A stretch of 64,000 bases of DNA from a phage, in sequence record OZ346212.1; one strand, given 5' to 3'. The translations under genes were made by a program, and so were the position numbers. Under the pieces are notes generated by a model. The model saw only the letters and a program-made list of their open reading frames with translations, ran no database searches and was not told where the DNA came from. This document shows, in pieces, positions 18,560 to 27,795 of this stretch (its first letter is position 1; each line of letters begins with the position of its first letter).

Positions 18560-18590
18560 GGCGGGGCCGAAAAGGCCCCCGCCTGAAATT
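18560..18590 (+). terminator. terminator-like hairpin
   Basis: GGCGGGGCC-gaaaa-GGCCCCCGCC directly after stop; weak U-tract. Confidence 0.45.
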
Positions 18591-18617
18591 ATGAAAAATA
18601 AAAAGAGGCAAACTATC

Positions 18618-18851
18618 ATGATGGAACAAATTAAACGCGCTGAGGCTATTAATGGCAATGTAATCTATTTTGTCAGCAAAAACGAAAAAGGCGTACCCTA
18701 TGCGGCGGTAATAGTACAGCCTGACGGCGATTATTGGTGCACTGTGTACGGCGCTTATTCTTTTGGGCGTCCAGTGCATGATAAAATTTTGAAAGTAGCG
18801 AACCCTACCGGGAAAAATATTACAGCAGAAAAATTTTTTGAAAAAAGTTGA
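18618..18851 (+). CDS. hypothetical protein
   Basis: ATG 18618 after AAGAGG; track ORF starts 18591. Confidence 0.5.
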   Translation: MMEQIKRAEAINGNVIYFVSKNEKGVPYAAVIVQPDGDYWCTVYGAYSFGRPVHDKILKVANPTGKNITAEKFFEKS

Positions 18852-18927
18852 CATGACCATATAAAACTGTAGTATATAAATCAAAGGGGGCAACAAGCCC
18901 CACCAACCACAAAGAGGATAAAAAATC

Positions 18928-19107
18928 ATGGCTATTATTGCAAAGACCGAGATCGTAGGCTTAGATTCTATTCTCCTCGCATATGAGGAAGCTATAGAAA
19001 TGTATGTGGTTTCCTATGGTGAGTATATCCGTGAATATGAATCTATTGATCTAGCTTTTGAATGTTATATTCGCCAGGTTAATAAAGCGTACGATGATTA
19101 TCGTTAA
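18928..19107 (+). CDS. hypothetical small protein (59 aa)
   Basis: TTGACA promoter, leader hairpin, SD AAGAGGA, ATG 18928; just below track size cut-off. Confidence 0.45.
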   Translation: MAIIAKTEIVGLDSILLAYEEAIEMYVVSYGEYIREYESIDLAFECYIRQVNKAYDDYR

Positions 19108-19198
19108 AATAGTTTGACAACAAACAACCATCTAACAAAGCATAATACATAAGGTGGTAGAATGATCCGCCACCCGGAACAAAGAAGAGGTAAACACC

Positions 19199-19444
19199 AT
19201 GAAAAGCAATAAAGGTTATAACGGTTACAAAAACAAAACTCATTGGAATGTAAGCCTTTGGATTAATAACGATGAGTCATTGTACCGGTTGGCCCAAGGA
19301 TTTATTAACGCTAATGCTAATCGTAATGATGCGGCGCGGGATATGATGCTTTTTCTGGAGCTAACCGGACAAGATAAGACCCCGGACGGCTTCAAGTACA
19401 GCACTACGGCGATCCGTGCCGCGATGGTTGGAATGAAACACTAA
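19199..19444 (+). CDS. hypothetical protein (81 aa)
   Basis: TTGACA promoter at about 19117, SD AAGAGG. Confidence 0.55.
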   Translation: MKSNKGYNGYKNKTHWNVSLWINNDESLYRLAQGFINANANRNDAARDMMLFLELTGQDKTPDGFKYSTTAIRAAMVGMKH

Positions 19445-20436
19445 AAGCACATAGCCGCCAGATCTCAGAATTTACGTACGCTCACCAGTCTATAGCCTGC
19501 TAAGTATTTATTCCAACCATAGAATAACGGAATAGTCAATACCTGCATAAAATAATTATTCGTGTAAACTGCATAACATAAATCGGCTAGGATGTCAACA
19601 TTTTTCGTAAACAGCTCGAAATTATAACGGTGAGTTATAATAAACAGAGAAATCTTTAGTCGTCTAATGTTTACTGTACATTACTATACTGACTGGAATC
19701 ATTAGATGACTAAGAGAAAGATAAGAAATCATTAACAATGCAATTGTTTTATTCGTAACAATAAGGCAACTATGCAAACGGATGGCATGGCGCGACGGAG
19801 TCGCGACATAATATAAAAGCAGTAACCATCACCCCCGTGATAGTTTGTCTGCAAACTATTAATCAGATCATAGTTGCCTTGTATTTAGTTAATCATGACA
19901 TAACAAGCAAGGCAACTATAGATCTGCTAATAGTTGCCCTGCTTTTATATTATGTCATAGATTATTAGCCTGTTAATTGTTAGTCAGTCAAATCAACAAC
20001 GTTATCATTTCAGTCTTTATTGTTGTTGATCGTTATTGTTATCATGCAAACGAATGGCATGGCTTATCATTTTTGAGTAAACAATCTATACGTGAACAGT
20101 GAGGCAAGTTAGCAGCCGATAGATTAGATATTAACCTGCAGACTTCTGACCGTCTAGACGTCTAAACGCCCACACAACAAGGATTATACATACAATACTG
20201 AATGTAAACAGGGCCGCAAAAATGCTACCATACCACAGATTGTAAATTTTTCATGCAGCACTTGACAAAGAGGAGAACTTAATTTTATCAGGATAGGCAA
20301 GAATGTCAAGGCATGACTGCTCACTAAACAAGCAAACAGTCATGTGTGGGAGGTAAGTGATTGTGGTGGTAGGAAATTTAGTTGAAAGATGTGTTATAGG
20401 TGCTTCCAGCACTTTAGCCGGGCAGCTAATTGTGTG
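19445..20436. other. convergent-transcription junction, AT-rich with hairpins and direct repeats
   Basis: No ORF; palindromes ATAGTTGCCTTG...CAAGGCAACTAT, CGCGAC-gga-GTCGCG, ATAGTTTG-tctg-CAAACTAT; direct repeat ATGCAAACG(G/A)ATGGCATGGC twice. Confidence 0.5.
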
Positions 20437-20652
20437 TCAGTCCAGCGGTTCATCCTCTACTTCACTGAAATCAATGTTCATGGTCTCTTCCCAACCATCG
20501 ATCTCAGCACAAGAGTGGAGTTCTTTAGGGTTTACTCCTAAAGCCTCAGCAACAGAGTCTATATTTAACACCTCTGGCAGGTATGATTCATCAAATTCAA
20601 GGTAAATCAGGCCACGAGTGTTGTCAGCTCCACCAAATATTTCTATCTTCAT
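20437..20652 (-). CDS. hypothetical acidic protein (71 aa)
   Basis: Track ORF; last gene of the minus-strand block. Confidence 0.5.
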   Translation of the reverse strand: MKIEIFGGADNTRGLIYLEFDESYLPEVLNIDSVAEALGVNPKELHSCAEIDGWEETMNIDFSEVEDEPLD

Positions 20653-20773
20653 AAAATCTCCTCTGGAAATGAGAGTGTGAACAGGGTTTTATACGTCCCA
20701 ATGCACAGGAATTATGCACGTTTTCCTCTTCAGGCCATGCTTTAGCATGAGGAACCTGTGTGGGCTCGGTGCT

Positions 20774-20986
20774 TCATAGTCTACCACCTCTGAACTCTTC
20801 GTGCTCAGGCATAATAGAGAACCAGATATCTACGATGTCCTCCCACGTCAGGTCATCAGCCTCAGGATCTGTCTGGGACGAAGATGAAGAGTCCTCAGAA
20901 TCTAAGTTTTCCTCTTTAACTGGCTCATCCAAGGGACATATGGTCACTCCTTCGGATGTCTCTTCAGATGCATGTGTGTTGATCAT
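20774..20986 (-). CDS. hypothetical acidic protein (70 aa)
   Basis: Track ORF; D/E/S-rich. Confidence 0.5.
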   Translation of the reverse strand: MINTHASEETSEGVTICPLDEPVKEENLDSEDSSSSSQTDPEADDLTWEDIVDIWFSIMPEHEEFRGGRL

Positions 20987-21346
20987 GTTCCACCCGTGAG
21001 TATTCCGGCAACAGCTGCTATGGACGTAATGATCATCAGGATCACCACTAAAACTTCGGACAATGTTCTCATTGTGTACTCCATATTCTACAAACTATGT
21101 GTGGATACTATCACTGGATCGGTAATGTGTCAACAGAAACGCCGCGAGGGTTTGGTTAAAATCCGAGCGTATGGTGATTTGGGTCAAAACGGACGTGCGT
21201 TCTCGCTACGCTCGAAAGAGAGATTTGTTTGTAGGAAGCTCTTAAACGCTCTGTAATGAGATTATCTGTCCAAGGTATGCAATCGTGCACCAGATAAAGA
21301 AAAGGACGCCACAGAGCGTCCTAGGTGTCTTAAATTTGATATTTTG

Positions 21347-21658
21347 CTATACCCATGAGGGCTTATCAAGGTTGGAGTAGCTGAAAGGTGTCAAAAGGTG
21401 ACTGTCAAAATCTCTCAAACTATCTAAATCTTTTTCCTCGTCCTGACACCATCTGTGCCTACATTTATTGTTGTAGTGCATAGAATGCATAGCGTTCTGC
21501 AACTTAACAGGTACAAGTGATTCAGGAGTAGATAGTATTGTTGGGTATGCCAGAATCACCTCAAACAGTGGAAACACATCGAAACTAAAGTCTACCTCTG
21601 CAGAGGTTGATGGCATATAGGAGTATTTAGCCGCCTTTGTAGACATAATCCACCTCAC
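21347..21658 (-). CDS. hypothetical protein (103 aa)
   Basis: Track ORF; ATGA overlap with upstream gene. Confidence 0.5.
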   Translation of the reverse strand: MRWIMSTKAAKYSYMPSTSAEVDFSFDVFPLFEVILAYPTILSTPESLVPVKLQNAMHSMHYNNKCRHRWCQDEEKDLDSLRDFDSHLLTPFSYSNLDKPSWV

Positions 21659-21981
21659 ACAGGTTTGATAATACCTTTACCGAATAATTCTTCGTATCTA
21701 ATCTTATCCGGATCCCACTCTTGGATAATTTCGAAGACAATATCCAACCCAGGGATAATCACTTCTCCAGTGTCAAGTTTGGCAAGAACAAAACCAGAAG
21801 GCTGAATGGTTTCCCAGTTGCGCCGATTGGAATAGAAGACCTCGAAAATATCGCCGACCTTTATCTGTTGATCAAGATGTTCAAGATTCTCTTTCATATA
21901 GACGCAGCGGATTTTTCGTGCAGGCCATAGACCACCTGCATCACGTTCATTTAGCTCTTTTACAGTAATCGGTATACCCAT
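21655..21981 (-). CDS. hypothetical protein (108 aa)
   Basis: Track ORF. Confidence 0.55.
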   Translation of the reverse strand: MGIPITVKELNERDAGGLWPARKIRCVYMKENLEHLDQQIKVGDIFEVFYSNRRNWETIQPSGFVLAKLDTGEVIIPGLDIVFEIIQEWDPDKIRYEELFGKGIIKPV

Positions 21982-22034
21982 CTCAAATCTCCTTCATAGA
22001 TAGTAAAGAGGGGCCCAAGCCCCCCTCTTTGTCA

Positions 22035-22340
22035 TCATTCTACAGAGCGTTTGAACAGAATGTCTGCCTCAGACATGTGCTCAACCTCTTCTTCGATTTT
22101 AGCGCGACGTTTTTCAGCCTCATAGCGAATATCGAACTCGGTAGCCACCAGAGATTTGATGAATTTAGGAGAATACAGGTGATCCTGCTTCTCAACGAGA
22201 ATGATATCCTTAATGGCATCTTTCAGATCTTTAATCTGAAGTTGGAGTTCTACCAGTTCTTCGATTGTTTTGCGAAGGCGATCACGCTCTGCAGTGTCAG
22301 AAGGAAGAGAGGTGAACAGTTCAACTTTAGATTTAGCCAT
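22035..22340 (-). CDS. hypothetical coiled-coil protein (101 aa)
   Basis: Track ORF; charged heptad-like sequence. Confidence 0.55.
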   Translation of the reverse strand: MAKSKVELFTSLPSDTAERDRLRKTIEELVELQLQIKDLKDAIKDIILVEKQDHLYSPKFIKSLVATEFDIRYEAEKRRAKIEEEVEHMSEADILFKRSVE

Positions 22341-22368
22341 AGTAAGAGTCTCCTTATGTTGTTTTAAA

Positions 22369-22623
22369 TTAACGTTCTACAAAAATACCGTTCAGTTCAA
22401 TAACCAGGAATTTCTGGTCTTCACTATCGTCTCGTGCCAGCACCTCACAGACGTATCGGTCATCCCCATCATCATCGCAGTCAAATACAAGACTGAGGAC
22501 TTTATCATGGTAAACCTTCGCCACTACCGCCTCGTAAGTATTGCCGATTGTGAATCCAAGATAATCTCCGATGCATTTGACAACAACATGGTCTCCAGCA
22601 TTTAAGTCAATCTTCGTCATTAC
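22369..22623 (-). CDS. hypothetical protein
   Basis: Internal Met (MTKIDLNAGDH) avoids overlap; track ORF extends to 22686. Confidence 0.5.
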   Translation of the reverse strand, partial: VMTKIDLNAGDHVVVKCIGDYLGFTIGNTYEAVVAKVYHDKVLSLVFDCDDDGDDRYVCEVLARDDSEDQKFLVIELNGIFVER

Positions 22624-22775
22624 TGCGCTCCTTGGGTAATAATACTGTATGTAAAACTTTAACCAGAGATGTGAATAACGCCCCAAAACACACCGATAGC
22701 GCTAAAACAGACAAGGCCATCATTAAAGCTTCAGTAAAATCAGTCATTCCTCACCTCTTGTTAGCCACTATACTA

Positions 22776-23039
22776 TCATTTATCCTTTTCGTCAAGAACT
22801 TTTTTAAATCTTTCAGGGATATCTCCCGTTCTTAGATAGTTCATGACCTCGCAAGGTTCCCACTTGAATTTCTTACAGAGCAGGGCGGCTGAGATTGTTT
22901 CATTGCGAAAAGAAAGGATATTAATATCCCACTCTGAGAACCCCAACTTCCGAAGGGTAGCTACAGAAATCCTCACCGCAACCCAGCAGCAAAAACATGC
23001 AACAAACGCCACTGCTACAACCCACATCAGGATGTTCAT
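22776..23039 (-). CDS. hypothetical membrane protein (87 aa)
   Basis: N-terminal hydrophobic helix ILMWVVAVAFVACFCCWVAV. Confidence 0.5.
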   Translation of the reverse strand: MNILMWVVAVAFVACFCCWVAVRISVATLRKLGFSEWDINILSFRNETISAALLCKKFKWEPCEVMNYLRTGDIPERFKKVLDEKDK

Positions 23040-23128
23040 ATAAGCACCTTACTGAAATACAAGACACAGTGTTAAGGTTACTGACCAGCAAATAATTAGC
23101 AGGACCATTGCAACCTTGGCAAGATTTA

Positions 23129-23416
23129 TCATAGTGCCTCTAAGATTTCATATCCTTCAGGTCGAAATACAAGCCACTCCGTGGCTCCGTTTGGTCGATA
23201 CGCTTTATACAGAACAACCTGATCTCGGCACATGCACATGGCTACATAGTTTTCATCCACACCTGCAGCCTGCATTGCATCTTCTTCTCCGGCAACTGCT
23301 TTGCTTACAACTTCCTTGGTAGGTAGGTGTGCGATCAGCTCGTCACCATCATTAATTCCAAAATGACTGAGTTCTCCATTGGTATCTTTAATCTTAATCT
23401 TAACCAGATCTTTCAT
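23129..23416 (-). CDS. hypothetical protein, possible distant member of MKVK...EIVE family
   Basis: Ends ...EGYEILEAL; tandem with family members. Confidence 0.5.
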   Translation of the reverse strand: MKDLVKIKIKDTNGELSHFGINDGDELIAHLPTKEVVSKAVAGEEDAMQAAGVDENYVAMCMCRDQVVLYKAYRPNGATEWLVFRPEGYEILEAL

Positions 23417-23745
23417 TAGTCTTTCTCCAGGTTCAAAGGTCCTAAGATTTCATATGCCAGATTAGAAGTTACCAGAGGGTCTTCTGCATCTTTAGTATTG
23501 TACCACCCGTGAATAACCAGAGTCCCACTTTGTTTCATATCCAACTGGAACTGTTCTGCAGTTTCCTCATCCAGCTCCAAGATTTCCATAAGGTATTTGA
23601 TGTTAGGAAGGTATGCAGCTGTTACAGTTCCCTCCACCAAACCTTCGGGCCAACCTACATCCGGATGACAAGTAGGAACCAGGTTGGTCAACTTAATGGT
23701 GTACGCTTTTTCTGCACGAGCCTTCAGTAACGGGTCAATCTTCAT
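23416..23745 (-). CDS. hypothetical protein (109 aa)
   Basis: Track ORF; ATGA overlap. Confidence 0.5.
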   Translation of the reverse strand: MKIDPLLKARAEKAYTIKLTNLVPTCHPDVGWPEGLVEGTVTAAYLPNIKYLMEILELDEETAEQFQLDMKQSGTLVIHGWYNTKDAEDPLVTSNLAYEILGPLNLEKD

Positions 23746-24095
23746 TATTCGTCCTCCTCTTCGGTGCCTGCTTCCAGTAATAAGTTAAGAATATCTTCTG
23801 CACAAGGCTCATAGAACTCTTGGCCTTCATTATCGATGATTTTGTAGTCATCTCCACGAATAATCAGGGGATCACTCTCAAAATTATCGAGACCTTTAAC
23901 AACGACAACACGATCGATTGCCATCATTGTAAGAACTTTATCGACATCTTCCTCTGCTACACCATACTGCAGCAGAATGTCTTTGGTAGGAGGAACAGCA
24001 TCCACCACAACGCCGTTACCAAAACCTTCTGGAAGTTTAGCTAAAATATCTTCCGGAACCACATTCACATCAAAACCGGTAATTTCTACTTTCAT
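23745..24095 (-). CDS. small acidic protein, MKVK...EIVE paralog family
   Basis: MKVEITGFD... N-terminus, acidic C-terminus; tandem array. Confidence 0.6.
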   Translation of the reverse strand: MKVEITGFDVNVVPEDILAKLPEGFGNGVVVDAVPPTKDILLQYGVAEEDVDKVLTMMAIDRVVVVKGLDNFESDPLIIRGDDYKIIDNEGQEFYEPCAEDILNLLLEAGTEEEDE

Positions 24096-24356
24096 TTACA
24101 GCACCTCTTCGTCAACTACTTCATAAAAATGGCCTGGGATTGCAATAGCGTTCTCACCTTCACCTGCAAACACAGTTCCGTCAAGAATCAACATCATAAG
24201 AATTTCTGTAATATCCTCTTCCGGAACGTTGCCAAAACCTTTAATCAGCTCGTAGGTTGGAATATTTACATCTAAGATGTCACCATCTTTAGAACGGAAA
24301 TCAACACCGTCCTGAATCTCTGCCGTTTCAAGGTTTTTCAATTTAATCTTCATCAA
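24096..24356 (-). CDS. small acidic protein, MKVK...EIVE paralog family
   Basis: MMKIKLKNLE... and C-terminal FYEVVDEEVL. Confidence 0.6.
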   Translation of the reverse strand: MMKIKLKNLETAEIQDGVDFRSKDGDILDVNIPTYELIKGFGNVPEEDITEILMMLILDGTVFAGEGENAIAIPGHFYEVVDEEVL

Positions 24357-24432
24357 TCGGTCTCCTGTCTTGTTAAGATGAAGGTATTATTTCACACAGG
24401 GTTGGCGTTGTCAACACCTGTGTGCAAGAAAA

Positions 24433-24828
24433 TTACTGAAACAGTGCGGATAAATTACCTTCTGGTGGGAACTTATCTGCCAAAAACGGTGTTAGCACAG
24501 TAGCCTTCTGAAGATCTGGGGTCCACTCGTTGTTCAGAACATCCCAGTAGTACGCAATGTTGCTGTGTGGGTGCCGCATTACGAACTTTTTCCCTTCGTA
24601 GTCGTCTGAAACCTCTACAGAAGAAATAACAACAGAATCTTCAAGGGTTTCTTCATAGAAAGATCCCCCTTCAAATTTCCAACGAGATGCAAGAGCCCCT
24701 GCCTTGAACGCTGCAGATAACGGACTGTCGGCAAGAACATACATTTCTTGCACTCTGTCGCTGCGATCTTTGCTTCTTACGTTGTATACAGTATCTGAGC
24801 TATACTCAACACGGTATAGGCTTACCAT
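24433..24828 (-). CDS. hypothetical protein, paralog of 26640-27038
   Basis: Shared YYWxxxxxxWTP...ATxLTPF segment. Confidence 0.55.
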   Translation of the reverse strand: MVSLYRVEYSSDTVYNVRSKDRSDRVQEMYVLADSPLSAAFKAGALASRWKFEGGSFYEETLEDSVVISSVEVSDDYEGKKFVMRHPHSNIAYYWDVLNNEWTPDLQKATVLTPFLADKFPPEGNLSALFQ

Positions 24829-25160
24829 TACCGCACCTCCTCAATAACTTCCACATCTGAACCTACCACAAATGCAAAAGGACAGGTTTCATGAAAGACA
24901 TCTGGATCGCCGCCAAGCTTGCTAACAATCTCTCCACCACTAATAAACACAAGCTCACCGATATTCATCAGATTGCTGAAATAGTAACCATAATGATTAA
25001 AGAATGCAGCAGGGTCAGGTAGACTGGTAGCCTCAAGCACTACATCGGTTGAGGTTACTTTCTTATCATAACCTCTCGCCTTTTGAGATGCAAGATCTGC
25101 AGAATCCTCAGGAGACCGGAGATGCACAGGAATTGTTTCACCAATAAAGCGTACTTTCAT
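24828..25160 (-). CDS. small acidic protein, MKVK...EIVE paralog family
   Basis: Internal start MKVRFIGE...; C-terminal AFVVGSDVEVIEEVR matches family; track ORF extends to 25187. Confidence 0.55.
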   Translation of the reverse strand: MKVRFIGETIPVHLRSPEDSADLASQKARGYDKKVTSTDVVLEATSLPDPAAFFNHYGYYFSNLMNIGELVFISGGEIVSKLGGDPDVFHETCPFAFVVGSDVEVIEEVR

Positions 25161-25164
25161 ATTA

Positions 25165-25428
25165 TCACCCAACAACCATAGCTTCAAAAGGAGTCATGAA
25201 CGAATAAACGGCATCATCATCTGCTTCAGGGAATGCTCCCAAAGACTTCATATCTGAACCCTTGACAAATACAAGGTTTTGATCAAAGGCTTCTTGGGGG
25301 TCAATCCGATACATATTTCGTAGAATATCGCTTACCTCCTCATCAAGAGGTGAGTATGCTGTGCACGTTTTTCCGATCAAGCTTTGAGAATCAGGGTATC
25401 CACCTGAAGTTTTAAAATAAACAATCAT
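25165..25428 (-). CDS. small acidic protein, MKVK...EIVE-related
   Basis: VFVKGSDMKSLGA matches family core VLVKGKDLLAAGA. Confidence 0.55.
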   Translation of the reverse strand: MIVYFKTSGGYPDSQSLIGKTCTAYSPLDEEVSDILRNMYRIDPQEAFDQNLVFVKGSDMKSLGAFPEADDDAVYSFMTPFEAMVVG

Positions 25429-25519
25429 ATAGTATCACCTCTGGTAAGAGATTGGGATTCCTTTCCCACAAATAATTACAAATCTTCCTTATCGAGGAAG
25501 TATGCTAATCCAAGCAGGA

Positions 25520-25789
25520 TTATTCCTCTACAATCTCATACACATCAGGAGTTACAATCAACTCTTCTCCGTTACCCGGTGCAACAAACACCACCAAACC
25601 TTCAGGTGTGTGCTTTTTAGCCATCTCGATAACATCTTCTCGCAGAGCTGGCTCCATCAGATCAAAACCTTCACCCAGGGCATCACGAACCACCTTCATA
25701 TAGTCAACTGGTTGTGCTTCAACAATCATGCCTTCAACCAGTCCACAGTTTTTGTCTGCCAGCTCAGTTTTGAATAATTTAATTTTCAT
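25520..25789 (-). CDS. small acidic protein, MKVK...EIVE paralog family
   Basis: MKIKLFKTE... and C-terminal TPDVYEIVEE. Confidence 0.6.
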   Translation of the reverse strand: MKIKLFKTELADKNCGLVEGMIVEAQPVDYMKVVRDALGEGFDLMEPALREDVIEMAKKHTPEGLVVFVAPGNGEELIVTPDVYEIVEE

Positions 25790-25926
25790 TTAGAGGTCTC
25801 CTCAATTATTTGATATTAATAGCCGTAACCTAACACATTAACTACAACTGCGATTGCAAACATAATTTCAAAGCATGCAATCTCTACATTTGGGACTAAT
25901 TTCTTAATCACACCCATTGTAGCACC

Positions 25927-26247
25927 TCATTCTCCAAAGTCAATCTTTACTTTGCCTTTCCCCTTACCTTTCTTTCCACCGCATTTAGCCAGCTGACGTG
26001 CTGCAACATCTACCATACGGTCAGTTGCCTCGTAAGCATCACTGCCTTTAGCCTTGGCAATAACTTCTTTTCCAGAATTGTCAAAAATGAACGCCATAAC
26101 TTCCTGGTGATCATTTTCAACTTTTACACTTACACGTGCATAGTTAACAGAGGGATGTAAACGCTCCAGCTTGGACATTTTGCGGGAAATAAAAGATACC
26201 ATACCTTCTGTGATTTCTACATTGTTGCCAGTGATTTCAATTTGCAT
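25927..26247 (-). CDS. hpf: ribosome hibernation promoting factor / RaiA-family protein
   Basis: MQIEITGNNVEITEGM...KLERL...VKVE...GKEVIAKAKGSDAYEATDRMVDVAARQL aligns along its length with E. coli HPF MQLNITGNNVEITEAL... Confidence 0.8.
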   Translation of the reverse strand: MQIEITGNNVEITEGMVSFISRKMSKLERLHPSVNYARVSVKVENDHQEVMAFIFDNSGKEVIAKAKGSDAYEATDRMVDVAARQLAKCGGKKGKGKGKVKIDFGE

Positions 26248-26331
26248 AACGTGTTCCTTTTAAGGAAGAGGGAATAACTATCTCTCTTTGAAAACAATGA
26301 TACTAAATCTGAAGCGTTGTGTCAACAGTTT

Positions 26332-26622
26332 TTACAGCTTGTTGTCGATAGTTTTTAAAATATCCACAGCAAGATCTGCCATTTTTCGAACATACTCTGC
26401 AAACTCAACAGGATCCTTGATCAAAGAATTCACAGGGTCGTACCCTAGAGCGTTTAAAATGGCTGCAGCATCTACAACCTTCTCATCATTTGCGAAGATC
26501 TCTCCGTCAAACTTGTAGGTCTATTTTGAGTCAACCTTAGCAGAGCAGGGTTTGTCCATGCTTGTTACACCATCGTCTTTAAACTCTCCTGCGTTATCAA
26601 TATTTAGAATTAAATCCATCAT
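26332..26622 (-). pseudogene. small ORF interrupted by an in-frame TAG (amber) after codon 33
   Basis: GAGGTG SD then ATG ATG (26622); TAG at 26521-26523; same frame stays open for 62 further protein-like codons (TYKFDGEIFANDEKVVDAAAILNALGYDPV...) without any start codon. Confidence 0.4.
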
Positions 26623-26639
26623 GGTGACACCTCACTGTT

Positions 26640-27038
26640 TCAGTTTAGCTTTTCTTCAACAACCCCATAACTTGGGGCAGAGTCAAGAGCTTTCTGGTTT
26701 AAAAGTGGCGTAGCAGAATCTGCAAACGGTGTCCAAGTTTTTGTTCTGGAATTCCAGTAATGCTTCACTCTGGAATCTGGATGCACTATAACAAAAACTT
26801 TTTCACTTGTCAACACATTAATTTCTTCTACACCCTTGCTGATAATTTCTCCGTCATAGCCCCCAGTCTGGTATCCTTCGTACCAGGTTCTTGCATAGGC
26901 ATAGCCAGCCTGCCAGCATGCAGCCTCCTCCGAGGTGGAGACTACGTAGAAGTCTTTCTCAAATTCCGGAATACGCCCTTGCTTTACGCTCCAAGCTCCG
27001 CGAATTTTCATTGTTACTTTGAAAAGCTTGTTCTTCAT
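26640..27038 (-). CDS. hypothetical protein, paralog of 24433-24828
   Basis: Shared HYWNSRTKTWTPFADSATPLL segment. Confidence 0.55.
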   Translation of the reverse strand: MKNKLFKVTMKIRGAWSVKQGRIPEFEKDFYVVSTSEEAACWQAGYAYARTWYEGYQTGGYDGEIISKGVEEINVLTSEKVFVIVHPDSRVKHYWNSRTKTWTPFADSATPLLNQKALDSAPSYGVVEEKLN

Positions 27039-27039
27039 A

Positions 27040-27294
27040 CTACCGCTCTACAATCTCTACGTCTGTTCCTACACCGAAGGCATAGTAATGTTCTTCCCCA
27101 AAGTAATACTTGGGGACACCCGCTTTGATCAGATCTAACCCGCGAATAAATACCACACCGTGTGATACAGTGGAATGCTTCTGACGCACAGGATCGTTGT
27201 CAGGCAACCATTCAAAGTACACCGCAGGTACAACCTTTCCCTTCAGGAAGGATTGTCCCAAGTAGACGTTAGAATCAAGAATTTTAACCTTCAT
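27040..27294 (-). CDS. small protein, MKVK...EIVE paralog family
   Basis: MKVKILDSNVYLGQ...GLDLIKAG...YYAFGVGTDVEIVER. Confidence 0.65.
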   Translation of the reverse strand: MKVKILDSNVYLGQSFLKGKVVPAVYFEWLPDNDPVRQKHSTVSHGVVFIRGLDLIKAGVPKYYFGEEHYYAFGVGTDVEIVER

Positions 27295-27511
27295 TCTCGT
27301 CCTCCACTATCTCTGCATCCTCACCAAGGGCAAAGTTGTAGGTCCACTGGCTGTCAAAGCAGTCCTGAGATGCACCAGCGGCAATAAGATCTGCACCTTT
27401 TATTTTTAAAAGGTCAGGATAATCTTCGTTAGGGATAGCGGTAAACACTTTCCCCACTAAGGGCTCCTGACCAATATAGAAGCTTGAATCTAAAACTTTA
27501 ACTTTCATCAA
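27284..27511 (-). CDS. small acidic protein, MKVK...EIVE paralog family
   Basis: MMKVKVLDSSFYIGQ...GADLIAAG...FALGEDAEIVEDE; closest paralog of 27040-27294. Confidence 0.65.
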   Translation of the reverse strand: MMKVKVLDSSFYIGQEPLVGKVFTAIPNEDYPDLLKIKGADLIAAGASQDCFDSQWTYNFALGEDAEIVEDENEG

Positions 27512-27795
27512 CGGTCTCCCTCAGGCGGTTGTGGGACGTAAACACTGTTACGAATATCGTCAGCAGTGTAGTAATAAGTGGTTCCAACCCTATCTCGGGC
27601 TGCAATGTACTCTGCTATACCAACAAGTGCCATTGATTTGGTGGCGTATCTTCCCCACTCGTTAGCTCCCCAGTAGAATTTAGACCAGTAGGGAATAAGA
27701 CCGAACAAATATACCTTTTGACGAACTTCCCAGTAAGTGCCTTTTCCGACAAGTTTAAACTCTACTTCACTACTGTTAATCTTTTTCATTATCAA
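27508..27795 (-). CDS. hypothetical protein (95 aa)
   Basis: Track ORF; W/Y-rich. Confidence 0.5.
   Translation of the reverse strand: MIMKKINSSEVEFKLVGKGTYWEVRQKVYLFGLIPYWSKFYWGANEWGRYATKSMALVGIAEYIAARDRVGTTYYYTADDIRNSVYVPQPPEGDR

Noticed and set aside
26288-26518. 76-aa plus-strand ORF
   Set aside because: Opposite strand of the amber-interrupted minus-strand gene, inside an exclusively minus-strand block; no SD; low-complexity translation.
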